Assembly (NCBI RefSeq): GCF_037042905.1
Contig: NC_087251.1
Coordinates: forward strand, 806,001 to 870,000
Direction: 5' to 3'
Length of the DNA stretch: 64,000 bases
Source: Lytechinus pictus
Taxonomy: Eukaryota
Shown one piece after another: positions 42,627 to 55,533 of this stretch. The translations under genes were made by a program, and so were the position numbers. How positions within the stretch are numbered: the first letter of the stretch is position 1; each line of letters opens with the position of its first letter. A model generated the notes under the pieces. The model saw nothing but the letters and a program-made list of their open reading frames with translations. It was not told the origin of the DNA and ran no database searches.

Positions 42627-45115
42627 GATTGGTCCGCCACTACAGGGCGGGGTTTTTGAAAACACGTGTTAGCCTAGATGCGTTAGTGTGTGCGGAATGG
42701 AAATTAGTTAAAGGCCAACAAATCCTGCTTACCTTTGCTTTCTCTTTGCAGAAGAAATCCAAATATTGGTCCGAAAAGATCCGTAAAAGATGCGGCTTGA
42801 TGAAAATTAACAATTCTGATAAAGAAAACCAAAAAAAGGGAGGAAAGAAAGAGCTCCGCGAGAACCCTTCCTCTTCCCCACATGGCTTCAAAGCAATGGA
42901 GGATCGATATAGCCTTTTGACGAGGCAACGATATAAATTTATTTTTATCACCAAACGGGCAAAAAAACAAAAACAAACGATAAAAGAGAAAAAAATACTT
43001 TAAAAATAAATAATAATTGAATATGCGATTTTAGTAAGTTCGTATTATCATCAGATCCTGCCAATACCACTAAAGTCCATATAGAAAATACAACAGAAGG
43101 CCCAGACAAAAGGCTATCATTTGATGCGTCGGAGAGATTGTTATGAATATTCATGAGTCTAGTTCCGTAAATTCTTGCTTCTTTTGCCTGGCGACTATTT
43201 TAGCTACGGCTTTGGTTTTTTCTTTGAAAGAAATAACATTTTCGTTTGAATTATTTGTTTTTCTTTCTCCTCCATTCTTTTCTTTTGTTCTGTTTTATTT
43301 TCTTTTCCCCCTTTTTTATTCTACTTATTTTGTTCCTCTACCTTCTTTTCATTTTTTGGGGGTCTGTTTTCTTTTTCTTTCTTCCCTTTTTTATTCTTCT
43401 CTTTTGCCTTTTGCTCTTTTCCTTTTTTTCTTCTTCGTCATTTTTCTTTTTTTTTTGTCTCTAATTTTTTCTTGTCTTTATCCTCTCTTTTTCTTCTTTG
43501 TTTCTTCATTGTTTTCGAGAGATTATGCACATGGTATCGTACTACAAGTTTTTTTATTATTATTATTATTGGAAACTGTATAGATATATGTAAATAAACA
43601 AGTGAAGAAATAAATGATCACTCATAGGAATATATTCGTTGATCAAAATTATTGAGTGATCAGCAAACCATCTCTTTAAGATATTGATTCCTATTTTCTG
43701 GAACCCAGCCTCTGACAGGCCTTTGCTGGCTTAGCCTAGAGGACTCCGTGATGTAAAATGATTTTAAAAATATCATCACGGAGTCCAATGCTGGCTCCCA
43801 CATATTTTTATTTTTTTTCTCTCTCTTGTTATGTTTTCCATTTTGTTTATTTTGTATACTGTGCATGTATCCTTAGTTTTAATTTGAAATGTATGTTGTA
43901 TGTTTTAATGAGAATTTAAAATAAATAAATGAAATGAAAATATATGCAAATCTCATTATCACCCAACAACCATTTTCATACAATATTGATGTATTAATTT
44001 GTATTATGTTTGAACGGAGATCGTAAGGTAGAGTATAGAATCATGAAATGTGATTATAATTTATATGTTTGTTTATAGATTAATATGTTATCTTTCATCT
44101 TGTTGGCATTTTTTAAGCTTCAATCATTGAGTATATAAATCTCTGCGGGATAAGTATAGTCCTATAATTACTAAGAATTGAGTTGCTCATTATAGGACGC
44201 ATAATCATGCTTGTCTGATTGTTTTCCTGGCGTCCAAGAGGTTTTTTTTTTCTAAAGACATTCCATTCTTTATATTGTCTTTGCTTAGGAATTAATGAAT
44301 AATCATAGTGACACTAAATCAGCTTATCTATACTTCTACTACTATACAATTGAAGAATTGACGCAGAAATCAAATTTTGTGATAGATTTTGTCATAACAT
44401 CCCAATACAAGTTAGGCCTTTATCATGCACCTTTTCCTTTTTTTCTATAACAAGTATGTAGCAAGGAGGCGGTTGGATGATCTTCCCCACCCTAACGCCC
44501 CCCCCCAAAAAAAAAAAGGAGAAACGGTGATAGCGAAGGGGGAAACAATGGCGAAAAAGATAGCTTTGCAGGATTTTCTTTCTCATTCTCTCTAAACATT
44601 TGCTTCCGCGCATGTTTGCGAGAAAATCATTGTTTTTCTCATTTGTTTACCTTTCTATACTACTCCGTTTTTTCATCTCGGCTATATTGCTAGTGTGTTT
44701 CGTGGCGGCATCAAGTTTTAAAGAATAATATTTGGGAACGGAATTAGCATTAAGATTATAGGTCAAAGTATATGAAGTCATATTGTCTTCAAATTGATCA
44801 CACAACATTTCCGATCCTTATAGGTCAGGGTGGTAAACTCTATAATACTAATGCCGTCAATTACCCACAAAGGCTACTTCTTCCGTTTTTAGCTCTTTAC
44901 TAGTCAGTCATAATTTATTTGGGGACCGCGGACGGCCTGTTCCTCATTTAAAAGGGGCAGTTATAAAAATTGTGCCGTACCTTGTATATAAAAAAAGAAA
45001 GTACAATTTTACTATAGAATTATATGGAAGTTCATGTCATCAATCTCCTGTCGCCTATTTTTGCGCCATTAATTTGATATTTAGCATGTCACTTAAGTTC
45101 CTAATCATCCAAATG

Positions 45116-45363
45116 CACTGTTGAAATGAATTTAAAAACGCTGTTTACGATGAGAATCACACAGTAATTGTTTAAACAGTTTAAAATCTTAAAAAACACA
45201 GTTCAAATTCAAATATTTAATCATCAATAATTAAATTCAAATGTTAAATTATCAATAATTAAAACATGATTGTTTAAGATTTTGAACACTTGTTTAAAAT
45301 GTTTAAACAACTACTGTGCAATTCTCACAGTAAACAGCGTTGTTTGAATTATTTTTGACAGTG
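45116..45363. mobile_element. CACTG-terminated palindromic MITE
   Basis: CACTG...CAGTG termini with imperfect inverted arms of more than 60 bp (AACGCTGTTTAC / GTAAACAGCGTT). Confidence 0.7.
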
Positions 45364-45402
45364 TAGAACTAGAAGCGCTTCATAAAAAATAATGAGTTCA
45401 AT

Positions 45403-45677
45403 CAGGGGCGGATCCATGACTCCAAAAGGGGGGCACATTTTTCCAATGAAAAATTTGACAAGCAAAAAAAAAAGTTTTCAACCAAAAATTAAGGATATTT
45501 CATCCCCGAAAAAAATCGAGAATAAAAAAGAAAAGAAAAAGTCTTCACTGTCAAATGGAAGGGGGCACAGTTCGGTTGTAACACAATTTTTACATCACAA
45601 ATTTTCATTTTGTTCTCAAAGGGGGGGGGGGGGCACGAGCCGGCTTTGCCCCCCCCCCCCCCCTGGATCCGGCAGTG
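45403..45677. mobile_element. hAT-type MITE
   Basis: CAGGGGCGGATCCA / TGGATCCGGCAGTG; perfect 8-bp TSD AGTTCAAT. Confidence 0.85.
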
Positions 45678-46639
45678 AGTTCAATGTTTTGAATTTGACA
45701 AGCAAAAAAAAGGTCTTTAACACAAAATTAGAGGTCGTTTCGTACCAATTTTGTTTAGAGGGGGGGGGGGGCAGGTGAGGGGTTGATTATGCTACTGCCT
45801 TGCGGTGAATTAAACAACAAATGGTGATTGGAGATTATCAAAGCGGCAGAATTTTTTTTTAATTACAATTATTTATTCTTAACATTATCTTGATATTTCT
45901 TTTTAAAGCAGGCAAAATTGTTTTTAAGTATTTTCTTTTGTTTAAAAAAATCATATTCATTCCTTCCTCATTGTTATAACATGTGAAAAAGATAAATAAC
46001 ATGAAATCATTTACATTATTGAATCAGAATTCATAATTAAGAAAATTGTAAATTGGTTATTCTAAATTTAAAATTAGAATCCATTTGTAAATATTTCTTT
46101 GATATTTCATAATCACAAAGGGAATAATAATAATACAGACTAAAAATTTCTGATCTAGAAATCTCTGAATATAATGCACAAGCACACTATTTATAAATAT
46201 TTTGTTCATTTTTAGTATCATTAAATCAAAATAATTTTAGGAAGTTATATAAAAAAAACACACACCAAGCAAACAGTCACGCTTTACCCCCCCCCCCTTT
46301 CCCATAAACAAAGCATAAAAAGAATGAAAAGAAGGAGAAAGAAAGAATATAACAAATGACAAAATAAAACAAAACTTATCATAAAAAACACAAAATGTAA
46401 CAAAATAAAAATATATATGAAATAAATATTTTTTCATAAATATATATCTTTTTTTTTTTTCATTTTAATAATTATTTTTTCATGAATATAGATCAATTTT
46501 TTCCAAATTATAATGAAAAAATGGTATTGAATTATATGCCTAAATCACGATTTAATTGAATCGAGACGACTTGCCGAAAGTTTTCACTCTTCTGACATGC
46601 ATATTCATTAAACTGTGCTGTAAAGGCATGCAGTGACGA

Positions 46640-46815
46640 CATCTTATAAATATTCATATGCGCATGCGCAGAATCTTCTTTCACGTTACCTCAAACATGG
46701 CGACCTCGCGATTGGGACAAAAGTCCGAAAATTGATGCTCTTTTGAAGAATTTAGTGGAATTATATACATCATGTATATTTCCAAGATATCCTGGCTTAG
46801 GAACAGTTTGTTTAG
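46640..46815 (+). promoter_or_regulatory. SLC46-family gene promoter and probable non-coding first exon
   Basis: Perfect NRF1 palindrome TGCGCATGCGCA at 46659-46670, YY1-like AACATGGCG near 46694, CpG-rich. Strong donor TTTAG|GTAAGA at 46815/46816; next acceptor at 48880. Confidence 0.6.
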
Positions 46816-48076
46816 GTAAGATTTATCCTAATCGTTAGATTTTTAATTGATTATGATCATCGGTTTTCTAATGCCAAACATCGCGAAGTTTTGTACTCTG
46901 GTGATAATGAGTGGTTGCATTCAGGACTTCGACACTGTCTAAAGACGTCGTGTCGAGGTTCCCGGGGCAAGTGTAGGCCTAGCCCTAGGCCCTAGCAGTA
47001 GCAATCATGCCTAACTGTTAGCCTTGCCCTTGGGCTTGACAGCTGGCGCTGGCAGCCGTCTGTTTCGAGGAGTTTTTTAACATTTTAATTTTTTTTTAAA
47101 TTTCTCCTCGTACACAGACGGCTCGCTATCGTGCAGCCACCATAAGGGGGTTAATGCAAAATCCCCCCGACAGGGCTCATCGTCATCGATTTTTGTCTTT
47201 AAATTTATTTCATCATGTTCATAAAAAAAATATATAATTAAAAGAACTGTACCAAAATAAAGATTATTATTCCGTTTTGGCCTGAAATAAACTTAAAAGG
47301 GGAAAAAATAGTGACTTACTTCGGCTGTCGCGCAACTTCATTTCCCTTTTTTATCCGAACTTAATTAATACATAAACATATGGCCAAAGGCATTGCGTCC
47401 CTGTACAGATCGAGCTAGAACTTCGGTCTCTGTATGTGGTGAGTGGAGCCAACGGAGTTCAGCGGAACAGCCAACATAACAGAGACCGAAGCTTTTGGTC
47501 TAGCCTAGCTTAGCCTAGGGATTATCTACGTACCACTCATTCTATGAACAAGGTTATGATATAACCTTGTTCTCTGTTACTACTCCCTCACTCACACGTA
47601 TTGCGAGGTTAGTATTACTATACTAACTACTATAGCTACTCCCTGTGTGTTGAAATAAGGTTGGCAATGTTTGGCTTATTTTCTCTTTTTCTTTGGGACA
47701 AATGCTTGATTTTTTGACACTGTCAGTTTCCATTACAGCTATTAATTATGTAACTTGGCTCTTAAGTAAATTCGATTCTTTAAATTATTTTTTCTTAATT
47801 AAAAATAGCGATTGAAAAATGACAATTGTCTTGCCATATTACTTTCCACCAATAGAGGGTGTACACAAAAATATGCCCAAAATTCAAGTTTTTGAGCGCT
47901 CTGGTGAATACAAAAATTATTACCAAGTTACTAACGAAAAATAAATTGCAACTGTATGGAAATTAGTATTTTGGGTCACAAAAGTGATATTTTAATGATT
48001 TTTTAAATTGTGTGCTGTGTATAGCATTGGCATACCATAGTCCTATCTGTAGATTCCCCACAGGCAGGATGGTAAT

Positions 48077-48564
48077 TAACCCAGGGAGCTCCGGCCCGCT
48101 TTGCGGGCCGGAGCTCTCTAACATGGGTTAGAATGGGGTCGCAATAGCACTCCAAATAAAAGGGGAAAAATAAATTATGCTCTTACCTCGATTATTAATG
48201 ACAGGTCTATCGTGAGACACAGAATCCTAACATAGAGGCACAAACTGGACCCTCAAAGAAAAGGAAAAGTTTGACCTCTGTCGCGTTCATTCTCGGTATC
48301 AATCGGCCATTTTGTTTTCAATTTTGACAGAAGGACAACGAATGAGACAGAACTTTTCCTTTTTTGGAGGGTCCAGTTTGTGCCTCGATGTCAGGATTCT
48401 GTGTCTCACGATAGACCTTCACCTCATATAATCAAGGTAAGTGCATAATTTATATTTTCCCCTTTTATTTTGAGTGCTATTGGCTTGCGACCCCATTCTA
48501 CCCCATTTTGGAGAGCATATGTCCGCCTAGTATTACATGGACGAGTCCTGGGCTCCCTGGGTTA
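48077..48564. mobile_element. Foldback / MULE-like element
   Basis: TAACCCAGGGAGC / GCTCCCTGGGTTA; arms inverted over about 200 bp each; 9-bp flanks GATGGTAAT / GATGGTAAG. Confidence 0.8.
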
Positions 48565-48910
48565 GATGGTAAGGAACCCTTGAGTGTGCGGTTAGGGCAC
48601 TCCTAGTACCAATCATGCCAATGAGGTCCAAACATTAATATGTATGGACCTCATAGGCCTACACCAACACAAATGTTTATATGAAATTGTGCCTCATGTA
48701 GCCTTCCAATGAAATGTCCACCCACAGCCAATATTTGACCTCATTCCAGCCTTGGTCTTGGCCATGGACAAGCCAACCATGTCCTTTGCCTTGCACCTGA
48801 TGGACCGGATAGCACTGGACACAAGAGTGCAAAATTATGAAATTTTAACTCAATGTTGTCTTTTGGTTTTCTTTCATCAGATCCAGTCTGGTGGGTATAA
48901 AGATAGCAAC

Positions 48911-49832
48911 ATGAATTGGCTACGGAGGAACCTGACTGTTGAGCCAGTCTTATTTTTCTATATGCTTGGATCCTTCCTGCAGTACCTTGCCTTGCAACAG
49001 CTCCTCCTGGAGAAGGTGTGCTTTCAAGAAGTCAATGACACTGTCATTTGTGCCAATTTATCTGCATACAAAGATGAAGAGGAGACTGTTCAAAAAAGGA
49101 CTTCATACTGGCTGATAGTGCTGAACTTGGCTCTGACTGTGCCATCAGTGATATCTACTCTAGTACTTGGGGCCTGGACAGACAGAGTTGGAAGAAGAGT
49201 AGCCATGGTGTTGCCTTCTTTAGGAGCAGTTATAAATGGTGTATGCTTGATTTTCAGTGCCATCTATCTGGAGCTTTCAGTAGGAATCATGATCTTAGGG
49301 TCAGTGATAATGGGTGTACTTGGAGCATATGGAACAATACTAGCAGCAGTGTTTAGTTACCTGGGCGATATCACCAAAGAAAGGACACGCACAAGAAGGT
49401 TTGGATTCCTTGAGGCGATGACATTTACAGGAAGCTTTGTGGGGTTGCTGACATGTGGTATAGTCATTGACAACCTTGGCTATGTTGCAGCGTTCATCTA
49501 CTACATCTGCTGTAATACTGTTGTTGTCCTCTATACCTTGTTATGGTTAAGAGAATCTAGCAGTTATGCTGTAAGTCAAGGTTTATATACCTCCAAACCA
49601 ACCAACGATGCACTCCAGTCAGGGGAAACAGACCCTGGTGGAACTAATGAAGTTTTTCCCAAGCTCGATGAGGAAAGGGGATGGTCCTGCAAAATATCAT
49701 GTCTACAATTATGTCAGTTACAAAGTTTAGGGAAATCATTTATAACTGTGGGTAGAGAGAGACCCAATAAACAAAGAGTACAACTCATTCTACTGCTGAT
49801 CTGCCTCTTTACTTTCCAGCTTGTTGGTACTG
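48911..49832 (+). CDS. SLC46 (proton-coupled folate transporter / SLC46A3-like) MFS transporter, first coding exon
   Basis: Acceptor ctttcatcag| at 48880, ATG at 48911. Motifs VEPVLF (TM1), luminal loop with two Cys and sequons NDT/NLS, MFS motif A GAWTDRVGRR, YLGDIT and LEAM. Phase-1 donor G|GTAAGT. Confidence 0.92.
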
Positions 49833-49929
49833 GTAAGTACGTCAAACCACTTTTCAATAGATTTGTGTAGTGTCGACTCCTAAAGACTGTAACATCTATA
49901 AACTTTTTACAAGGATCAACCTGTTCTGG

Positions 49930-51526
49930 CCCGGGGGTCACTGCCATTGAATATTGGACAGCATCCACAAAAATCATCCCGAAAAAACCCTAAATAAGGA
50001 TTCAAGGATCTATATAGGCTGCTACATGTAGGACACTAAATACAGATTTTGTTATGCCAGATTTACACACTCTAAACTGATTTTTGTCCAGATCAGACAT
50101 TCCATGTAACTAGACACCCTAGGCTTCAAATTTGAAGCTAAACCAATCAATAAAGAATATTTATTTTTGGCTAGGTACATCTCCAAATGGTATTTTTTCA
50201 CTGCCTTTCACTCACAAATGACCGAGTTACACGATCCTAAAAAATGTCTAATTGCATAAAAAAGTATGTCTTTTTGTAACTTTTTTAATTACACTAATAA
50301 ATATGTGTTCTGTTGTTTGTAAATACATAATATTTTGTATTCTGCCTAATCTTATAGCCATTTTAACTTCTGACTTTGTTTTCACACCTTTTTAAATAAG
50401 CTTGGTAATATTTCAAGTTAAAAACACCTTGGAAATGTGTCACGTGAGTCACAAAAATACATTTATATTTCAGTTTACTTATAAAGTATTAAGTAGTTTA
50501 ATTTGTAGTTGATAAAAAGAAAAGAGTATAAGGTCCTTAAACAAACCAGCAAAGAAGATTGTCAACTGTAAACCCCTTCATTATGAAAATACACCCTTAA
50601 GAGCTGTCACGTGAGTCATATTAAGGTTTTTTTAGGGTATGTCACGCGAGTCATATCACAAAACAAGCAATATTTTTAGAAAAGGGATAATGATTGGGAT
50701 TTTTTAGCAGATGTCAGTTCTTTATGCCTGAATGATTATTTTTATTTAGAAAAACGTTAATATGTTATTAACACTTGTATATGGGACTACAATATGTGGT
50801 CCCACATGTAAACTTTGATGTAAGTAGATGTATCAGAGCTTGACGTTGAAAATTCCTGTTTTAAAGATAAATGGGATACAAATGACCATAAATGAAATGT
50901 GGCCCATTTTAATGTATAAAATCATGATAATTTATTCAATTTACATGTATAGTCCAAAATGATACTTGTCTCGCGAGTCACATTTTCAAATGGCCCTCGA
51001 CTCAATACAAAAAGTCAGACGCTAATGAATTTTTAGCATAATATTTCCAGATGTTTCAAAATACCCACCAGAAGATTTTTTCAAAATCTGGTGAGTATCT
51101 TATGAAATGACAAACAAAGACAGTAAGGTCAGGAATCTTCAATAGTGTCGCATCACGCGAGTCACAATAAACAAATTGAAATATCTCCTTTAAAAAAAGG
51201 ACTGTAAATTCAAAAGTTTTGTTGGAAAATGTGTATTATTAATACTTTGATTGAAATAAATAGGAAAAAACAAGTCTGCATTTATGATTTTCAAGTAATT
51301 TACCTTAAGAAGTTGAAGTTTTGTGTAAATGTCACGTGAGTCACAATGGAATGGCTGAGATGTCCAAGATGTGCAACTCCATTTGTGATTAAGGCCATTG
51401 TGATTTAAGGGACTTTTTTTCAATTTTTTGTCATTTTGTACACTCTATTCTTGTTCTACCCACAAAATCATCCCCTTTTCTGTCATGGATGCTGTCCAAT
51501 GTCCAATGGCATTGACCACCCCCAAG
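49930..51526. mobile_element. CCCGGGG-terminated non-autonomous element, probably composite
   Basis: IR of about 30 bp, GGTCACTGCCATTGAATATTGGACAGCATCCA / TGGATGCTGTCCAATGTCCAATGGCATTGACC; six internal GTCACGYGAGTCA-type motifs. Confidence 0.6.
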
Positions 51527-52141
51527 GTTCTAAACTATGGGTCAATATCAGAATTGTAGGCCTACATTTCGAATAATAAGTGGATGTTTATATGTGCACA
51601 AATGTGCTCACATGGAATATTAGAACTGGATTGTAAAATGTAAGGAAATCTGTTGCTGTTTTACATGTGTCACAATGCTTTTAATGCTGTTAGAGAATCT
51701 CATCTCTTTTTTAAACATTGTAATGCATTCATTTGAATATGACACAACTTTTTTCTAAGATGGGCCCATGCCTATAGGCCTATGTATCCACTTCATAAGT
51801 TTCATAAAAAACTATTGCTTGAAATTTGTTTATGTTTATAGTTTACTTGTAAAAAGCAAAAATGAAACAGTTTTTGTTTGTAAAATATTGTCTCTGTTTT
51901 CTGTTTTGCCTCTTCATTAAAACTTCTTACCCCGACCCTGTTTTCCACTCCACTCCAACCTATTTACTTTGGCATTTAGGAAGATTACCATGGAGTGTTT
52001 TGTATAACTCCTGGAAGTGTAGCGCCATGCATGTCAATGTTCACTAACTTGAAATTGCGCGAAATCTTGACTGTATGTACATGTACATGTTGTTTTGGTA
52101 TTCAATTTATACTTGTACGTTGCCATCATGGGTCCGTTTAA

Positions 52142-52542
52142 AGATAAATGCCAGTTGTGGTAACGATCTCAAAATGACTTTTTACAGAATCCAATGAAAT
52201 GACCACCCAAGTGTCTGTTTGTATGAATAAAAATATGTGCCAAAGGATTCTGGAAGAAATTGTGTAATTGCTGAGAAATAAGCAAAATGAGCGCGGATTC
52301 GGGCACTTCCGTTGGGTCTTTATTCCAGCAATGATAAAATACACCGTCCCACGTGTGCCTATCTGTGTTGGCGATCTTCAGTGTGATCGTTTTTCAGCTT
52401 AGATTTTATGATTTCACAAAGTTCAGTTTATGTAACTGTACATACCAGATCTAGATCCACGATGATATAGTAATACTTAACCTTGGTTCTTCAGACTTTC
52501 TCAAGAAATCAGTGTTTTACTGCAACTACTTTCATTTTAGCT
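52142..52542 (+). mobile_element. TTAA-flanked MITE (Kolobok-like AG..CT termini)
   Basis: TTAA at 52138 and 52543; imperfect TIR; second copy at 54-441. Confidence 0.7.
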
Positions 52543-53689
52543 TTAAGCTCCAAAGTTTGTTCCTCTTTGAGTAGAAGTGTAAATCTAAACATATGTCCAT
52601 GCATGCTGGTACTTTCACACAAATGTGAACATCGTGATTTAACGCTGGGAGGTTTACCAAGGTCATAAGGTCACAGATACTTCTGCGCTGCCAAGTGACT
52701 TATAGTGACAAACTACCATTTTTACGGATACTGTAGATCTATGCGGATTAATTAAATTGAATATTTGAGTGAATTAGGCCTACCATTGGAATTGTAACTG
52801 TAACAAGTTATTCCTTAAATATACATGTAAGAATTAATGGAAATTATTGCTTTAGGAGGAGTAATAATGAAATTGTAGATTCCCTCAATTCGCCTCTGTT
52901 ATATTTGTTCAGTACCACAGAATTGTTTGTTATGATTTTGGTTTGAAAATGGAACTACATTATTAGAGAAATGCATGAATACCGATGTTTTGGTGACATG
53001 TCGGGCAACACCCCACGCTATACATTAATTGGCACACTAGTAATAGATGTCTGGTCACTACATGTATGTACGTACGTTTGTGTTGGCATAGCCAAGTTTT
53101 TGACTGTTTAAATAATATCGGTATGCTGACATGGCTTTAATGAACTCCATGGTTAGGGCGTGACTTTATAATGGAGCTGAAATAGCTTAAATACATCACC
53201 TAGGGGATATCTTATATACCATTAAATAAACGACTTCATTGCTAGCCACCGTCGTCACGACTCCAGATTTGTTGGCTTCTAACAGGGGTGTCGATAGCGA
53301 CAATGAAGACTTGTCTGAATGGGAGTTTACTATACTCCCAAGAAAAATCAGGAGTATCTTGGTCGAAGTTAGGGGTAGGAGTAAGTTCCTCCGACCAGAG
53401 AAACTAAGTCTGACTTTGTCCAGATGGGTGACGGTGTGTTCCTCCTAAATTACCCCTACCAAATTTCTTCTAACACGAGTTACTCCTGATCGGTTAACAG
53501 CTTTTAATGTCCAACCTACATGTACAGACTTATCAAGTTAAGAGATCATCTGGATAGAAGAAAACCATCAGTTATTTTGGTCAGACTCAAAACAATGGTG
53601 AGAAAAATGTATCTACAGTATTTAAGGCTTTAATTTTATTGTTTACCAGATCAACTGGAAGGGAGTATATTGAGGATTTCAACTACATG

Positions 53690-54022
53690 CATGGGCGCAA
53701 ATCCCAGGGGGGACAGGGGACGTGTCCCCCCTACTCAAAATAGTAGGGGGGACACAATATCAAATGTCCCCCCTACTATTTCTGGTCTTTTATGATGGTA
53801 AGAAATTCATCATTCAAAATCGAAATAAAACATGTATTTTAGGAGGAGATGACCTTACTTTTCGGATGATACCCTTTTTTTTTTTTTTTGCTTGTCAAAT
53901 TTATTTTCGTCGAAATGACCTGAAATTTGGGGTGATAACCTTTTTTTTTTTTTTGCTTGTCAAATTTTCCAGCCCCTTAATTGTCCCCCCCCCCTACCTT
54001 TTGGGAGAGATTTCCGCCCCTG
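53690..54022. mobile_element. hAT-type MITE
   Basis: CATGGGCGCAAATC / GATTTCCGCCCCTG; perfect 8-bp TSD ACTACATG. Confidence 0.85.
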
Positions 54023-54843
54023 ACTACATGTAGATCAGTTTTATATGTCAGGCTCTGTAAGGGGTCACACTCTCAGCACTGTCTTGAATGAAAGACCCAA
54101 CAACACCAATGACCATCCTATCTTCCTTTGAACAGACTTTGTGAATGTCATCTTGTTTATGCCCTTGAAAAAGGTCAAGTTAAGAGTTGTTTTTAGCAGA
54201 GGTCAGTTCTGGAAACAGAATACGCCAGGCCTCTATGTCACTCCTTGTGTTCTATTATCTTAATGCTGACCAAAGCTCTGTTCAATGGGTGTCCGATTAT
54301 GAAACGTGATCATCCTAAAATAATAATTTTAGACAATTGTTATGCACCTACTATGCAGATGGCTCACACACAGAGTCAGGTATATTTGTTTTTTAGAGAT
54401 AGATCTGTCCGAAGGAATTATTTTCCAAAACATTAAAATTGAAGATTGTACAATGCATTGTTTCCTGGTAACACAGTACTACCGGTATACATTTAGGTCT
54501 AATGAACTTGCATACATGTACATGTAGATTGCTTGTTTTAGGATTAAATTATATCTACATGTATGTCAGAACACTTCCTGAGTGTCAAAAAAAAACCATA
54601 AAAAATTAACAGTTATTTCATGGGAAAGACAGGAACTTCTGTCATTTTATCACAACATGAGAATGTTGTCATATTTCCACCTGCAATCCATTCATTGACT
54701 TTTAAATGCATTTTACATGTACATGTACACACCAGTTTTATGTATCAAGTCTAAAGCTTCTGAATTTTTCCTGGAGTAGACAGTAGATCCACAAAAGGAG
54801 CGAAACTGTTGAGGAAACTGCCTCCTTTATTTGGTAAATTGCA

Positions 54844-55187
54844 GGATAAATTGCCAATTCATTTACTGCCAACTCATCCACTCACCACGTGGTCTACTTT
54901 AATTTAGTCTAATGCCATTCTGTCCAACATTTCGTCTAAAAAACATTTGGTCCAATCACCACTTCGTCTCATAACCAGTTGGTCTAACATCCATTTTATT
55001 TTCATTCATTTTGCAAAAGTAACACTTAGTCCAATTAGACCAAATGGTATATGGAATAAATGGCTATCCGACCAACTGGTTATTAGACGAAAAGGTGAGT
55101 GGACGAATTGGCAATTAGACCATGTGGATAGTGGACGAACTGATGGTAGACCAAATGGTAGTGCATTAGATGAATTGGAAATAAACC
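54844..55187. mobile_element. Foldback-like repeat of short TAGACCAA/TTGGTCTA units
   Basis: Left half carries GGTCTA/GTCCAA units and right half their reverse complements; imperfect terminal IR. Confidence 0.6.
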
Positions 55188-55533
55188 CTTTATTTGACCA
55201 GACTGGATGCAATTTGTTATGAATAGACAATTTGCATTTGTATTATGACATAATCAATCGCAACATTTTAGACAGGTCTAGAGATGATTGAAAATATGAT
55301 CTCAATTTTAAGTATAGTGAAATCAATGTGATAAAAGACTTGAGCGGTTCACAGATTTCAAAGATTGATTTTAGCTGTTAGTGAAGCCAATCCCAGGTAA
55401 ATTGATGACGGTTTTTAGAGGAACATTTGAGAGCATTGAACCTGATAGGATCACACATGAGGTCAAAGCTGTCATTGTTTTCTTCTACTGCTTTAGTTTT
55501 GATTACCATCTCTCTTTGCCTTTCTCTCAACAG

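Larger units (their letters stand above)
35622..43540 (-). mobile_element. Near full-length inactivated non-LTR retrotransposon, I group (Nimb/I-like); 5' boundary uncertain
   Basis: ORF1 gag plus ORF2 APE-RT-RNaseH-CCHC; 3' stem-loop at 35654-35685 and (GAA)8 tail at 35622-35645. No clean TSD found; 5' end lies between about 43170 and 43540. Confidence 0.85.

Noticed and set aside
43537..43548. TCGTACtacAAG as the LINE target-site duplication (vs TCGTACaggAAG at 35610-35621)
   Set aside because: Only 9/12 identity; not enough to fix the 5' end.
48752..48910. N-terminal extension of the 372-aa SLC46 ORF
   Set aside because: 48752-48880 is intron ending in a polypyrimidine-CAG acceptor; homology starts at Met 48911.
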